Positions 41,381 through 55,715 of a stretch of 64,000 bases of DNA are shown piece after piece. This DNA comes from Eledone cirrhosa (lineage: Eukaryota). Position numbers and translations under genes: made by a program. The stretch is from positions 152,706,001 through 152,770,000 of the forward strand of contig OZ024742.1 of NCBI GenBank assembly GCA_964016885.1, in the 5' to 3' direction. Each line of letters begins with the position of its first letter. The stretch's first letter is position 1. The notes under the pieces were generated by a model. That model was not told where the DNA came from. It saw only the letters and a list, made by a program, of their open reading frames with translations, and did no database searches.

Positions 41381-41598
41381 CGGTGGATTGGCAGTATCGG
41401 TAGAGGGTCGGACGCCATGCTTTGCAACATAGAGTTACGGCCCTTTATGATCGGAGTTCAAATCTCACCGAGGTTAACCTTGCCTTTCATCCTTACGGGG
41501 TTGATAAAATGAAGTACCAGTCATGCAATAGGGTCGATTTAATCCACTTTCCCCTCCCCCCAAATTACTGGCCTTGTGCCTATATAAGAAACCAATAT
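41381..41598 (+). mobile_element. tRNA-derived SINE with a Nin-like core
   Basis: Homologous to the 13725 copy: GAGTTCAAATC, CCTTTCATCCTTACGGGGTTGATAAAATGAAGTACCAG. Confidence 0.8.
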
Positions 41599-42060
41599 CT
41601 CCTGATTACTCCAAACAACACAAACTAAACAATAGCACAGAGAAAACAGAAAACTCCATCGACTATAATTAATTATATTAAAATTGAAATAAAGAACTAG
41701 TGTTGAATTCACTAGGAAAGAAACATTACGAATAGTTATGTTTTACTGACTAAAATAACTTTCCAAATTTTATCACAATTTAGATACATTTGACAGGCGT
41801 TCACGTCGTTGGCTTCCTCGCATTAATCATAGGTTTCCATAAATGTTACCGAAAAGTTCATTCTTATATACACATATATATATAATTATGTGTTTGTATA
41901 TCGAATAATTTAAGATATGTTTAAGAAAAAATATTTGAAAGCCTTTAGCTATAAATTTATATTTATATGTATGTATACACACATACATACATACACACAT
42001 ACATATATATATATACACACATATTTATATATATATATATATATACATACACACACACAC

Positions 42061-42104
<44 letters not shown>

Positions 42105-42438
42105 ATTTTAACTCTTGTTCAGGCCGAGCTAGCCCACAGCTTCATGTGCAAAGGATGCTAATCAGCGCAGATACATAACCGTTAAAACTATATGTTTGCG
42201 CCTATTTAAGTTCAAGCAGCAAGCGAGGGAAATGGGTGCGTTACCTTACCAATGGCCACATAAATCAGAAACATATGCCGGTAACATCCGCTTACTTATG
42301 CTGGAACTCGGTAGATGGCACCTTACTACCACCTTCAAAAATTCATTGGTAAAGGCTTCCAAATGTTTATTCGTAAACATATCTTACTTTATTTGATATG
42401 AAAATGTTAGATACTTATATATACAAAATATAATATAT

Positions 42439-42491
<53 letters not shown>

Positions 42492-43657
42492 TGACGCAAA
42501 CAAATAATTGTTTTAAGATGAAGCTACCTTTTAATAGCCCTTTTTTATAATATATGATACTCGAAAAACGTAAATTCCTTTAATAGATGAATATTGATAT
42601 CATACAAGACTGTGATATTTGCTAGATCTCACTTGATATATACAGGCACATCAGTGGGTTTCAGAATCATTTAGAACCTTCATTTAGAACCTTCCTTGTT
42701 TCAGTCTCCTTCCCACTGCGCAACAGTGATTTTTAACAAATGTCCCTGGTCATTCAGAAGCCCACCACAGAAAGTCTTCTTCTACTTGGATGATTGATTT
42801 AACCCGAACAAATCTTCATGGGTCAGTTTAAACGAGTTCTTCCTCTGGAAAATATTCAAGCTACCTACGTAGATACTCAGAACTGTGTGAAATGCACACA
42901 TTTCTCCTCCGACTCAGTTATAGAAAAAGATAAAAAGAAATGGATATGTTGATAACTTGAGCAGGTAATAACATATCTAATTTAGAGACCTTCATCTCTC
43001 CATTTGCCGGGATTGATTTCGTTTAATTAGCGTCCCATCTTCATCGGAGCTTACTTTGCCTTAATAATATCAATAGCATTATTCACTTATAAGGTAATTA
43101 TACGACCTGTTTATTCTTAATTATGAAAATTGGTCATTTCCTCTGAATAACAGTAATTATCAGCATAGGAATGCTTCAAATTACACGTCGGCACACATTT
43201 CTAATACATTTTGTTTAACATTTTAATGAGTGTTCGCTAGATATTTTTAACCAAATAATATTGATTCAAAATCTGAAAATATGATAATTTATCATATCTA
43301 TATAAACTGTGTTTTAGTTCCACGAATAATGTGTAAAGGAAAAGTATTACGGGCGAACACCATACGAAAGAATGAATTGGAGAGAAGGTTTAAAATAAAC
43401 AAAAGTGAAGAGAACATATGAAGTAAATTGGACAAACCAAGATTACAGTTATACAAAATTATCAGGGAACAGTAATTTTAGATATTGTGCAAGGAAAAGC
43501 ATTCACCATTTTAAGACTCATCAGAAAGGAAGGAAGAAAGTAATCTTACACATTTCCCACATATATTGAATGTACATTCAGTTGATGTTTGGACGTCTTA
43601 TGTTCAGTAATGTATAACACAACAACTGCAGCAGCACACACACACACACACACACAT

Positions 43658-43755
<98 letters not shown>

Positions 43756-45254
43756 GGCTGCCAACGAGTGTATGTGTGAACACGAAGATGGAAAGAGGCA
43801 GGGAAAAAAATAACGATATAAATGCGAGGATTTAATATTCTTACAAATATGCAAAAGATAGAAATAGAGGCAGTAACAGATATATGAGAAAGAAGTTGAA
43901 GTGAGATGATCCTAAATAAGGAAATGTGCGGGACATGTAACATCAGTGTAAATCAGATAAACAGACGACATTCATATTTTGAGAAGATTTACATTGAAGT
44001 GACAAAAATAATTTTCTTCACCATGAAGAAAATCGTGAATAAAACGCCAGAGAAGGAATACCTGCTTCAATGATGAATACAGGAATATTTCCAGTTGGGG
44101 CGTTGCTTCAAGATTTGCTTCATTAAACATTGTTCTTTTAAATTACTAAGGTTTATAACCCATCTAATTAAATCACTCACTACACACAACTGAAATGCAT
44201 TATACTAAATACTCATCCCGACGTTCAATCAAAAAACAACAGAAGGCACCATGTAACAATCTATTCTGAGACATAGCACTACTACTTTCTCTAAGTCAGG
44301 ACAAATGCCATAACTACGAATATGGGAGATAGTGTAGTACGCATACACACATACAACATAGGTTATGCCATAATCCAGCCCTACTCCACCAAATTGGCGG
44401 GAAAAGCTGAGATGACATCAAAGCTTAATTAACACGAAATATACACATCTCATATATTAAAGTCAACATTCGGTATACCAACCGTAATCTAATCAGTTCA
44501 GGACGCGATGATCTTTAAGTTATTTATGTCCTGACTAATCAGAATTAACCTGCCAAACTTTTGGACAAATGAATTGTACCGCAGAACGGAAGATCAGCAA
44601 TACCGTCAGAAAAAACAACAACAAAAAGCCAAAAAAAACGTCAGGAGCCAGGGTTAAAGAATGAGGAAAAAATTGTAAGTAATATTTAAACCTTGAAAAT
44701 ATAAAGCAATCAGGCATATGAAAATCAGGAAATGATATTTTACAACATAGGATTTTCATGCCATATGAGCAAATTGGCAGGTTCACATTTTTGTGGGGGA
44801 ACCATAGAAAAGGGAAATAAAGAAGACTTACCTTTAGTAAACCAAACATGCAAAGTGTTTTCGATTACGCATGTCTATGATGGATGTATGCCTAAGAAAA
44901 CATACAAAAACCAAGTCACAGCAGTCAAATAAAAGCTCTTAGGGAAATTTGAGATGAAGCTAACACTGCGGAAAAAAACCTTTAGCCAAGCAATGCAGAA
45001 AAAATACAAAGGAGAACCTCACTAGGAATAGCTTACAGCACATAATACTGCAATATGTATAATGGTATGTAAATTACACATCTTTCAATTTAGCAAGAAA
45101 ATACTTGTAACTCAGTAACTTATATCTTTTCCTCTTTCCACGTATAAACATATTTACGTGTGTGTGGCTCTAATTTGATGTAGATGGGTGTATGTATTTT
45201 CATCTCTCTCTCTAAATCTCTCTCACTCTACGCTTTATTTATCTATCTAGCTAC

Positions 45255-45293
<39 letters not shown>

Positions 45294-45318
45294 TGTAATA
45301 AATAACATAAGGTAATTA

Positions 45319-45379
45319 TTTCATTTACCAGTGGTTTCTTGAAAGCAAACACATTTTGCTTTCAATCATCAGAATGAAA
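45319..45379 (-). ncRNA. Type I hammerhead ribozyme, family D
   Basis: Reverse complement of 45817..45877. Confidence 0.85.
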
Positions 45380-45538
45380 AAATCCTGGTGTATTTATTGA
45401 CATTGGATTTTAAAAACAAAAATATAATCTATATGAAAGTGAAGCTGGAAAAGGAAGAAGGAAAGGAAAAATAAACACACATGCACACACACAATTACAT
45501 ACACACACATATATACATACACACATATATATATATAC

Positions 45539-45610
<72 letters not shown>

Positions 45611-45816
45611 TATATATGTATGTATATGTATATGTGTGTATGTATATGTATATGTATATGTATATGTGTGTATGTATATATGTGTGTGTATCTAATTGTG
45701 TGTGTGTGTGTGCATGTGTGTTTATTTTTCCTTTCCTTCTTCCTTTTCCAGCCTCAATTTCATATAGATTATATGTTTGTTTTTAAAATCCAATCTCAAT
45801 AAATACACCAGGATTT

Positions 45817-45877
45817 TTTCATTCTGATGATTGAAAGCAAAATGTGTTTGCTTTCAAGAAACCAGTGGTAAATGAAA
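45817..45877 (+). ncRNA. Type I hammerhead ribozyme, family D
   Basis: tttcatt-CTGATGA-ttgaaagcaaa(atgtg)tttgctttcaa-GAAA-ccagtgg-TA-aatgaaa; all stems perfect. Confidence 0.9.
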
Positions 45878-45971
45878 TAATTGCCTTATGTTGTTTATTA
45901 CATAACTGTTAAGCTCTGTAACCTACATAGAGCACTCTTTTTTCCTGGACCTTTCCGACAGAATTACTTCA

Positions 45972-46018
<47 letters not shown>

Positions 46019-46041
46019 TATATATGTAAATATCGATATAG

Positions 46042-46080
<39 letters not shown>

Positions 46081-46281
46081 AGGTTCAATCGGGGGTAACC
46101 ACAGTAAGTAAGGTACTCAATACATACTAGTGTATATAATGTTTAATATAGAAATGGCTTCTACTGGACTAGAGTTGTTTCATTCGAAGGAAATCATCAG
46201 GAAAACCCTGATAAATTCCTCAGAGTGAAACACTTCTAGTCTTGTACAAGCCATTTCTATATTAAACATTATATATACTAG
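46081..46281. repeat. Hairpin repeat with partial hammerhead-like cores in both arms (relative at ~14360-14520)
   Basis: 46127-46201 is inverted with 46207-46281; CTGATGA/CTGATAA..GAAAC..GTC. Confidence 0.6.
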
Positions 46282-46691
46282 CAGAAAAACCACTCCCCGG
46301 ATGGTTATCTGCTGGCATGTGTTGCGTGCATATTGATATATAAATGCAAATATACATGCATGTAGATATGATATATCAAATAAAATCGTAATTGACAATA
46401 TGCATAGAAATTGAAGAGAGACCGTTACACACTCTTCTGCAATCAGTAAAGTAATTCATGATACCTTTAAAAAAGACAATATTATATTTAAACTGCATTA
46501 CGGTGAAATGTAATGAAAACGAAAAAGGAGAAAATTAAAGACCGTAATATAAACCTTATATAACGATGCAAATATATGACCGTTTACATAAACGATATTA
46601 TAAGTGTTCTGATATGACGGACGCTAACAGGAAGCGTAGACATTTGAACATTTTTAAAGAATTGAATCTTAAAATAAGCAATCATTGTATA

Positions 46692-46800
46692 TGGATTGGC
46701 AGTATCAGTACAGGGTCGTACACCATGCTTTGACGGATAGAATACCAGTAATGCACTGGGTAATTGCTGGCCTTGTGCCAAAAGTAGAAACAATTATTTA
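46692..46800 (+). mobile_element. Internally deleted SINE
   Basis: Head tggattggcagtatc... fused to tail taccagtaatgcactggg...ggccttgtgcc. Confidence 0.65.
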
Positions 46801-46885
46801 TTCAAAGTAATCTAACTTATTTTACTAAACGCATAAAAAATATATATTTAGGACGCAGTCCCGCACTCCCTCCTTTATCGCATTA

Positions 46886-46935
<50 letters not shown>

Positions 46936-48203
46936 GGTTGATATGGATGATATGTATGTATGTATGGCATATTTGGAAATATACTGTATGTTTAATTAAA
47001 AACATTTTGAAGACCATTCGCAATGAGTTTTAAAGTAGTGACTATGTCACTTTCTTATTTTCGGTAAAAGCAAAGAACAATGATCGACAGTCCTGTTTCT
47101 CGCTCGTTAGCATTTATCAAGACCCCACACTCCTTCGCTTCTGTCGAGAGTTATAGAACGTGAATTCGTATAAGGTTCAAAGTAATATTTAAGCGCTGAT
47201 TAAACAGAGTGGTTGCTCCGACTTGCACCATTTATACAGGTCGCTGAGCGCTTCTTTATATCAGCTTCGGAAGCGACAGACCATAATTTCGTTCGTATAT
47301 CTCTGCTCGGTTAACCCCATACTCTAATATATATATATATATATACATATTAATTTTGACTGCTCCATCATACTCTGATCTGATTCAGATTGTTTCGGCT
47401 GCTATTTCTAGCACCGGTACAAGCCTATCATATTGACCTAATACATTAAATAGAACATATTCATACAGTAATTCAGCGTTGGATTACGTTGCCTTACCAT
47501 GCGTTCTAAAGACGGCATGGTGATATTTGTTCAGCCTGTCCCTCTGGGAGGAGTATATTCATGAGGTAATTCAATAAAGCAACACATTTTTCAACAAAAG
47601 TGAATTGGTATGTATATATTTTCAATTTCACCACTCATTTTTTATGAAAAATTCCTCTCACGATGAAGAAAGATGAATTTTTCCAACATTGGTCTTCCGA
47701 TGTTGTGTCTTGAGTTTCAGAAATAATGGCTGGGGCGTCGTTTAAGTTAAGATTGACTTATTTTAGCCGATTTGACCTCTACTCTCCACCCAAAGCAATT
47801 TTGGCGTACGTTTAATATATATATAAATTATAAATATATATATATATTGTGTCCGCGTGTGGGTAGTGGTTAAGACCTATACAACTTTGGTTAATATTAT
47901 ATAGTTTGGCTTACAGCAATTCAGAAGCGTAATTTGACTAAACAATCATGGTTGTAGGTGAAAGCTTATTGCTTCTAGTAAATATGCGTAATTGACAGGA
48001 ATAGCAGTGTAAGGTGAATGTTAAGTGAATTTGAAACACAGATAACTGCGATGTACATCTAATGATATGAGTAAACATAATAAGGATAAAGAAAGCTTAA
48101 CGATGCGATACAACTTCTGCAACTGTATACACACACACTATATATATAAATATATAGACATACATGTATTTTATATACACATATATATTTATATAGTTGT
48201 ATA

Positions 48204-48287
<84 letters not shown>

Positions 48288-48292
<5 letters not shown>

Positions 48293-49013
48293 GTTCCACC
48301 TTTTCTAATTAAGTACCTATATCTGACTTGCGCTTTCTTTTCAGTGCTCTACAAACACACACGCTCAAACGCCCCCCACCCCCACCCCACACGCACACAG
48401 TGGCATTCGAACGATTGTTATTGTATCCACCGACCAACAAGCGACCAGGCAGACTACCAACACTGCCAGTATCAAAGACTGAATATAGGTAGTATAACGG
48501 ATTTACAGCGAAGCACCATCAGACTCCCACAGTAAAGAGGAACTGCCTCGACCTTTTCCGCGCGCACGCGCGCTCTACAGAATATCTCAGTTGCACACAT
48601 ATGGCGGACAACAGAGACCACGTACTCTTCCTCTCCGACAGATAACTTTCCTCCTTGGAAAACCCCCAGTCGATGGATGGGAAATCCGAAATATAGGGAC
48701 GATTAAATCTCTCCCAAGGTAACTATCTCGTGTTATTTATATTTTTACGCTCATTCCTACGTTCTTCCACACACTATACGTCTCATTCTACATTTCCTCT
48801 TACATCTCTCTCTTCACCACCGGATTCTGTTACCCGGAGATTTACCTATCTGCATTGATGAGGCTTCCAAAATAACAACATTTTTTTTTATTATTCCACA
48901 ATGCTTCAAGCAAACTTCAATACTCTCATGTACATATATTTATTGGCTTCCACCTTTTCTTATTAAGTACCTATATGTGACTTGTGCTTTTTTTCAGTGG
49001 TCTACAAACACAC
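48288..49013 (+). mobile_element. Old PLE-like fragment bounded by ~72 bp direct repeats
   Basis: attgg.ttccaccttttct.attaagtacctat... at 48288 and 48942; faint YCI..IGS..H GIY-YIG-like remnants inside. Confidence 0.45.
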
Positions 49014-51481
49014 CCACATGCACATGTTTATGCTTTTGCGCGTTTGTGTGTGTTTAATTTGACATAGTTTCAAATTATATTAACTAATAATAATGAGTGA
49101 AGCTCTGATATTTAGTATAGTAATACGAAGCAGTTCAGGAACGATGCAACAAACTGTATATCAAAATATGGCAGCTGGGTGATGAAGCGGAATTCCGTGT
49201 CACCCTTAATATGATAGCAATGTTTGCTTAGTATGAAAGTGTGCTGTGTATATTTACAAAGCTAGAAAGTGCATAGAATTATAAATAAAATGATGGAAGA
49301 TATGAAGAGATTCAGGCAGAGAGAAAATATAAAACAATTCTTCACACACCACATTGTGTTTCTAAGTAAATATAAAGATGTTTACAATACCCAGGGAAGA
49401 CGTTGTTCTTTCACATCTATTGAACAATTGTAGTTAATTTAGATATCAAAATATCAAATGTTACAAACTACTTAATTTCAAGAGATTCTACTCGCTCGAA
49501 AGAGGATTTGAAGCTTTACGCGAATAAAATCATTAATTGTAGTAAAAAAATAAATACAGCCCTAAAACAATAATCCTACAGGAACAAATACAATTGCATT
49601 TAATTTAATTATATCAGTTGTCTCTCAATGCAAGAAATGTAACCTCAAGCCCTTGAATTCTCTATTATTTCTTTATAATGTTTTTCTCTTCAATTAATTC
49701 TGGCAAATTCTAATGGATTTTGAAACATTTTGATAAGGAAACTAGGTCCCCATGGACGTTTTACTTTCTGGGTATTAGAAATACATGTCTATGTATGGTA
49801 TTGTTGTAATCTCTGTAATTTTACCTGGCCTCCTGTTTACTGATTGCACAGGGTATATAATGTACGGATGCATAAATGTAAGTCTCCCCACTTGAATAAA
49901 GGCAATAATAACAAAAACGAAATGTTGTGACACAAATTTCTCCAGTTATTATTATGTTAATATTCCTTTTATAGCTGTAGGTCAGCTCTGGTAGATCACA
50001 CCTATGGCCAACTATTTATTGATGTTTTTTATCCCCAAACATTATATGATAACATTTACTGATATAGCTGTCATGTCTAGCAAATCAAACTAACATATTT
50101 TCATTCACTATTAGATTTCATTCAAAAGCGGACAAACATCAAGATTAGTAGATCATGGCATAAAATGGCACTATCCTATTTCATCTGGCATGTTATGTGT
50201 TTAAATCGTACCGATGTCAAAGTGGACTTTCCTTTGACCAACTGGTGTTGAATAAAACATTTTTGCGTTTCTTTCTAGTTTACTGGCCTTGTACCAAAAT
50301 TACAAATCAATATTTGATAGTAATCCTTTACCTACAGAATGAGCACATGAACAGAAGGACAAAAGGAATCGTATACTGTATAAACATGGCAGTGTACGAT
50401 GTTTACGATGGGTGACTAATATTGTGGATTTGTTGCAGGATCTAATAAGGCCTTTCTGTATGGCGTCGATATGATGTTGAAATTAAGTGGTTTTGCAACA
50501 ATTGAAATGGCATCAATAATACGTCAGAAATCGGTGATAAATGAACTGAGAAACGAAGCTGAAAAAACTTCATTATGTACAGAGCCGGATTAAATACCTT
50601 GATGCCGTAAGAACATATAGCATCACCATGATCTCATGGTGACGCTATATAGTCTGCAGAAACATTTCATATAAAATGACAAATACATTTAATTTCAATA
50701 AAGTGGTGCCCTTCTTTGCGCAAGGACCTAAGCAATTATTATCATGTTAAATTGATAATCCAGCCCAGAACCTGGATATGACAAGTGTATGAGGATACAA
50801 AAATGACAGCAAAGAACAAACTCATAACGAATACTCCCAGCCCCATCAAATCTGAGTAAATCTTCAGCAATTAATTAAAAAAAAAAATGTTGTTAATGTT
50901 TGATAATAATGCTTACTTAGAGTGTTAGTATGGATGTTTAGATGGTAGAAGTGAAATGCGTACTAAAATATGGGCCAAGAGAATGAAAGACCGGCTTTGT
51001 ACATTAATTTCCTGTCAGATTTCTTCTCTACTATTCCAATGTACTCTCCAATCTATCAATCAAAATATATCCCCACCCACAAATATATATACATAAACAA
51101 ATTTAAATCAATGACATTAATCTGATCTAGAAACAGTTTAAGCTTACAAATCAGGCAAAGTGTCGCTATAGTACATAACACACACACACATATATACATA
51201 CACACATATATACGAAAATACATACATACGAAAACATAGGCACGCGGAGACATATAACTAAAAACATTCATATTCACATATGCAAAATCATTCATACATG
51301 CACACATAAAAATACATTCACACAAACACACATTTACCTAGTTGATTTTGTCTAAATTCCAATGAAAAAATCTTGTTTCTGTTAGAAGCCGATTCTTTCC
51401 CTTCCTCTTGGTGATAATTTATAAAATAATATAACCAGAAGAACATGCCTACATACATAACTACCTACCTAAATACACTCC

Positions 51482-51528
<47 letters not shown>

Positions 51529-53453
51529 TGTAGAGATGTATATATATATATCCTAAGTTTGACAACGACAAAATCATTTCTTCCTCAGATTACTTTCAGG
51601 AGGCCTCGGGTCAAACCATTGAAGCTCTCCACATACCTCTAGTAACGACTTTGTGACATTATGCATATTGTAGGATTATGAAGTCATTGGAAATGGTCAT
51701 ATTCTCAAACTCATTCGTATTTAAATAAGTTAAATTTATTATTCATGTCCGATTAAAATGAGATTATAATGGTATAGGTGTATATTCTTATATGTATGTA
51801 TAGTAATATTATTAAAGTAATGACTGGTGTCAACTCATTTGATATGCTCTGTGCGTATATTTGTGTATTCAAACTGTGTTAATTAAGATGGACTGTACTT
51901 CTTCGACTCTATTTACATAAATCGCTTTAATGTCTTGTTCCATAGATGCTCTATTTCAATACAAAAGGTTAAACAGCCTGATAAGTGATGTTAAAATGGC
52001 TGACGGTAGTGTTGTAATGAAGTTAATCTAGGAATTTAGATATCTCTGTTACTTCAATTACGGGAATTATAACCACATCATACATTTTACGTTAACATAT
52101 GATAATTATGAATTCTTAATTTCTCTATATGATGCTAGACATCTTCACTTATAGAATAATCTGTCTTTATGCTACCCTAATATATTTTATCTAACGGGTA
52201 ATTTACATGTCTATAAATATTATATTGCAGCTTTTTACTTATGTATATGTATATTTGTTTAAGTTAATGTATTTTGTCTGTTGATTCGCTTAGTTGTTTG
52301 CAGCCAAGGTGAAACACTTGCTATTGTTTTTTTTTATTGGACATCAGTATATAGTATAGGAAATTTAATTTTCGATGAAAATATCTAGATCAGTTAACTG
52401 TCTTATTTGAAAATCTGGGCACCTTTGATAATATAATCCTACATATATATAAAATGATGATACAATCAGAGTATTTTTCATCATAATTCTGAAGAACTGG
52501 GTTTAAACAGGGGCCTTATATAAATAACGTATAGATCTGCAATACGGAATAATCTATCGTGGTCAATAACTATCCAGCGAACGCCATCACTTCATTTCCC
52601 CTATTAGGCATGGTATTGATTATGCTCAATTTTAAATCGTTCCGTTGTTATTTGATTAATATATGGCTGCTCTTTTTAGCAGATATAATCGCCAATGTCA
52701 CCTAATATGCAGTCTTCTATATTTACATATGTGCTTACATATACACATTCCATATTGCTTTAACCTGAATAGAAGTAAATTGTTCAGCTTACATTGCAAA
52801 TTGTGCCCCCTATTCAGCTCCCAATCTTTACTCACGTTCTAATGTTACGATGTTTGGAATGTGCATTATATTTGATAGTTTTCTAGGCTGTAAAAGACCA
52901 GAAGATAAAGTTTAAACATCGTTGTATTGTGTGCTGTGTCGTTAATAAATCACTAGAACAGTATTAATCATTAATCATTTTTCTTTCCAGGAAGATCTTC
53001 AGATCGATTGATTTTATAGCATTCGACATTACGAAAATAAAATTATCCTTAGAAACACAGCAACTACATAAAACACCCATAATCAGAACATAGTCTTTAA
53101 ACACCCGTTTTTAGATGTGAGGAGAGTGATAAAACACAAATAGCTACAAGTCGATTGCTAAAAGGAATCATACCCATAAGAGAAACTCATAAATGAACCA
53201 TAGCTATACAAACTAAGATCTCTATACCTCTTAGAAATATATAGCTATACACAGCTATGATCTCTACACCTTTTCAAATATTGCAGAAAAGGTACAATAA
53301 CTAAATATAGAATAGTTAAGATGTTATCCTCTGTATTTAGAAGTAGATTAAATCGCAATTGTAGGGTTCCTGTTTACACAAATATTAAAATAACCACGTA
53401 AAATAATGATCATTTCCTATGCTATGATTACACACACACACATACACACACAT

Positions 53454-53534
<81 letters not shown>

Positions 53535-53549
53535 TATATATATATGCTA

Positions 53550-54051
53550 GCTGCAACCTCTGCTAAAAGTATTTCAATTGCTTGGAGGATTATAGAGTTT
53601 GGTATACTTTAAAGCTACGGCCAGTCACACAAAACTCTAACAAATCCTGAATAAGCAATGCCTGTGCTTTGAATGTTTTTTTAAGCGGGGACTTGCACTC
53701 GATCAATCCGACTCTCTGTGCATCGAAAACACTACCCGAAAAGGAGAACTGGTCCATATCATTGGGTGCTTCCGAAGCCGCATCTTTTTTTACAGAGTTT
53801 CCCTCTCCTAGAAAGGTGTTGTGACACCTGGGGGCCTTTTACTCCCAGGTCGAAAAAGAAGCACTATTTGGATGGCCGTTGACTCTCCGGAGTTCCTCCG
53901 CCCTTTGCCGGGTCTTGTATTTCATTATGCTGGGTGTTCAAATATCACCCTCCTCACCAAGCAAGCTTGGTGGGGTGGCTGGTTTAGTCGCCTATGACCT
54001 GACCATGAGACATATTGTACTGGGTACCCAGTAGCACTCGACAATGACCTG
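53550..54051 (-). mobile_element. Probable LINE (RTE-like) 5' UTR fragment
   Basis: GC-richer structured segment (ggcgactaaaccagcc, caccaagcttgcttggtg hairpin) between (TA)n tracts; family assignment is from memory only. Confidence 0.35.
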
Positions 54052-54076
54052 ATATATATATATATATATATATAAA

Positions 54077-55333
54077 CAGCGTACGGACGATATTTGTTCA
54101 CAAGATTGCTGTCTAGGAGAGGTTAACATTAGTTTTATTTTTTAAGATATATTTATCAAACTTGGGTCAATTTGTCTTCATGACCTGTTCTTTCGATTTC
54201 CCTCGATAAACCCGCCATTGGCTTTGATGATGGCTTCAAGGCGGCCTCGGAACTGGCTACATGCCTTCGTCACTGTCCCCCAACTTAGGCCCCTAAAGAC
54301 ACTTGTGATCCTGGCCTTCAGATCGTCTTTCGTATTGCAGCTAGATCTGTTGGTGTCTCCTTCCACTGCGCCCCACACAAAGAAGTCGAGGGGGTTGCAG
54401 TCAGGTGAGCTGGGAGGCCAGATGTCACGTGAAGTGTGGTCGACGAAGTTCTCTGACAGCCAGGCTTGGGTCTTTCGGCTGGTATGGCAGGGCGCTGAGT
54501 CTTGCTGCCACACTTACGGCCTACCTGCAGCTACCTGGTCGATCCAGAGCTTTACTACCCCGCTCAGAACGCGGATGTAGCCATCGGTGTTCAACTTGAG
54601 TCCCTCAGGGAAGAAGTGAGGTGGCATGACGTCACCTTCACTGATGACGACACCTAAGACCAATGTTGTCGCTGGAAACTTTGTCTGCATAACTCTGGAC
54701 ACGTCTTTGCATGAGACAGCGAGCCACCTGTTGTTCTGGGAGATGATCTTCTGGTCTTGGTAGAAGTTTTTCTCCTCGGAGAAAAAACACAACATTGTCT
54801 CGCTCCAGTGGGCGTTTCAATTTGTTGATCAGCTTCTTTGAGTGCTTCAGTCGCTTTTCTGGCATCGCCTTTGACAGAAATTGTCTTTTCCTCATCTCGT
54901 ATGAAACGTAGCAAATGTCTTCATGTACCACCAGCCTAATGAGCTTTTCATCCACGCCTTTCTCCCTTGCAATGGGACGCATCGACTTGCTAGGTTCATT
55001 GTTGATGATATCCTGAACTTCAGCAACGAACTCGGGCGTTCCGAAGGCGTCAGATCGTCGATCATGTATTTTCCTCTCTGATGTTGCTTCGTAGTCGAAT
55101 CCTGAATCTTCCAATTCCTTTCTGACCTTTTCCACTATTCTCCTGCTGACGCTGAGAAAGACTGAACTTTCCTTATTTGTCCTCCCGTCGCGGATTCCAA
55201 GAAGAACTCCGTGTCTCTTCCACAAATTTGGAGGTTCAAAATTATTCATAATCAATTATTCTGAAAATAAATAATGAAAATATAGTCACTGTGTTTATGA
55301 ATACAAGAGTGACAAATATTTGCTCTACGGTTC
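54077..55333 (-). mobile_element. Tc1/mariner DNA transposon, DD37D (maT) type, decayed
   Basis: FFSEEKNF, WQQDSAPCH...SPDCNPLD with 37 aa between D2 and D3; degenerate TIRs (atatttgt(t)cac); TA-rich flanks. Confidence 0.88.
54178..55255 (-). pseudogene. maT transposase pseudogene
   Basis: Three ORF pieces (54638..55255, 54514..54795, 54178..54513) separated by a frameshift and a stop. Confidence 0.88.
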
Positions 55334-55402
55334 TTATATATTTGATATATATTTATCCTTATCGAGCCCTCTATGGATTTTAGTCTTCAAATTTATTATT
55401 AT

Positions 55403-55469
<67 letters not shown>

Positions 55470-55715
55470 ATACACAGTTCAAGAGTAACCAATCTTAAAG
55501 AGAGAGATGGAGATAGGAGAGGAGATAGGAGAGGAGTAGAGAGATTGATGAATTAGTTAGAAGCCAAAGTGTAAAGGCATGTGCTCAATGTGCAATATGC
55601 AGTGGAAGGCAGCTAAGTGGCTGGGTTCATGCAGAGGTTAGGTGCACAGAGCTGGAAATATTCATTAGTTAAGCAAAACGAGACCACAAATTTCACAATT
55701 TAGTCTAATGTAAGG

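Larger units (their letters stand above)
45289..45907. mobile_element. Foldback element with ~230 bp inverted arms around a (TA)n/(CA)n core
   Basis: agttatgtaataaa...aaacacacatgcac is inverted with gtgcatgtgtgttt...tttattacataact. Confidence 0.85.

Noticed and set aside
49050-53400. Host gene exons (e.g. acceptor-like ttctttccag at ~52990)
   Set aside because: No coherent ORF or recognisable protein; cannot be supported without transcripts
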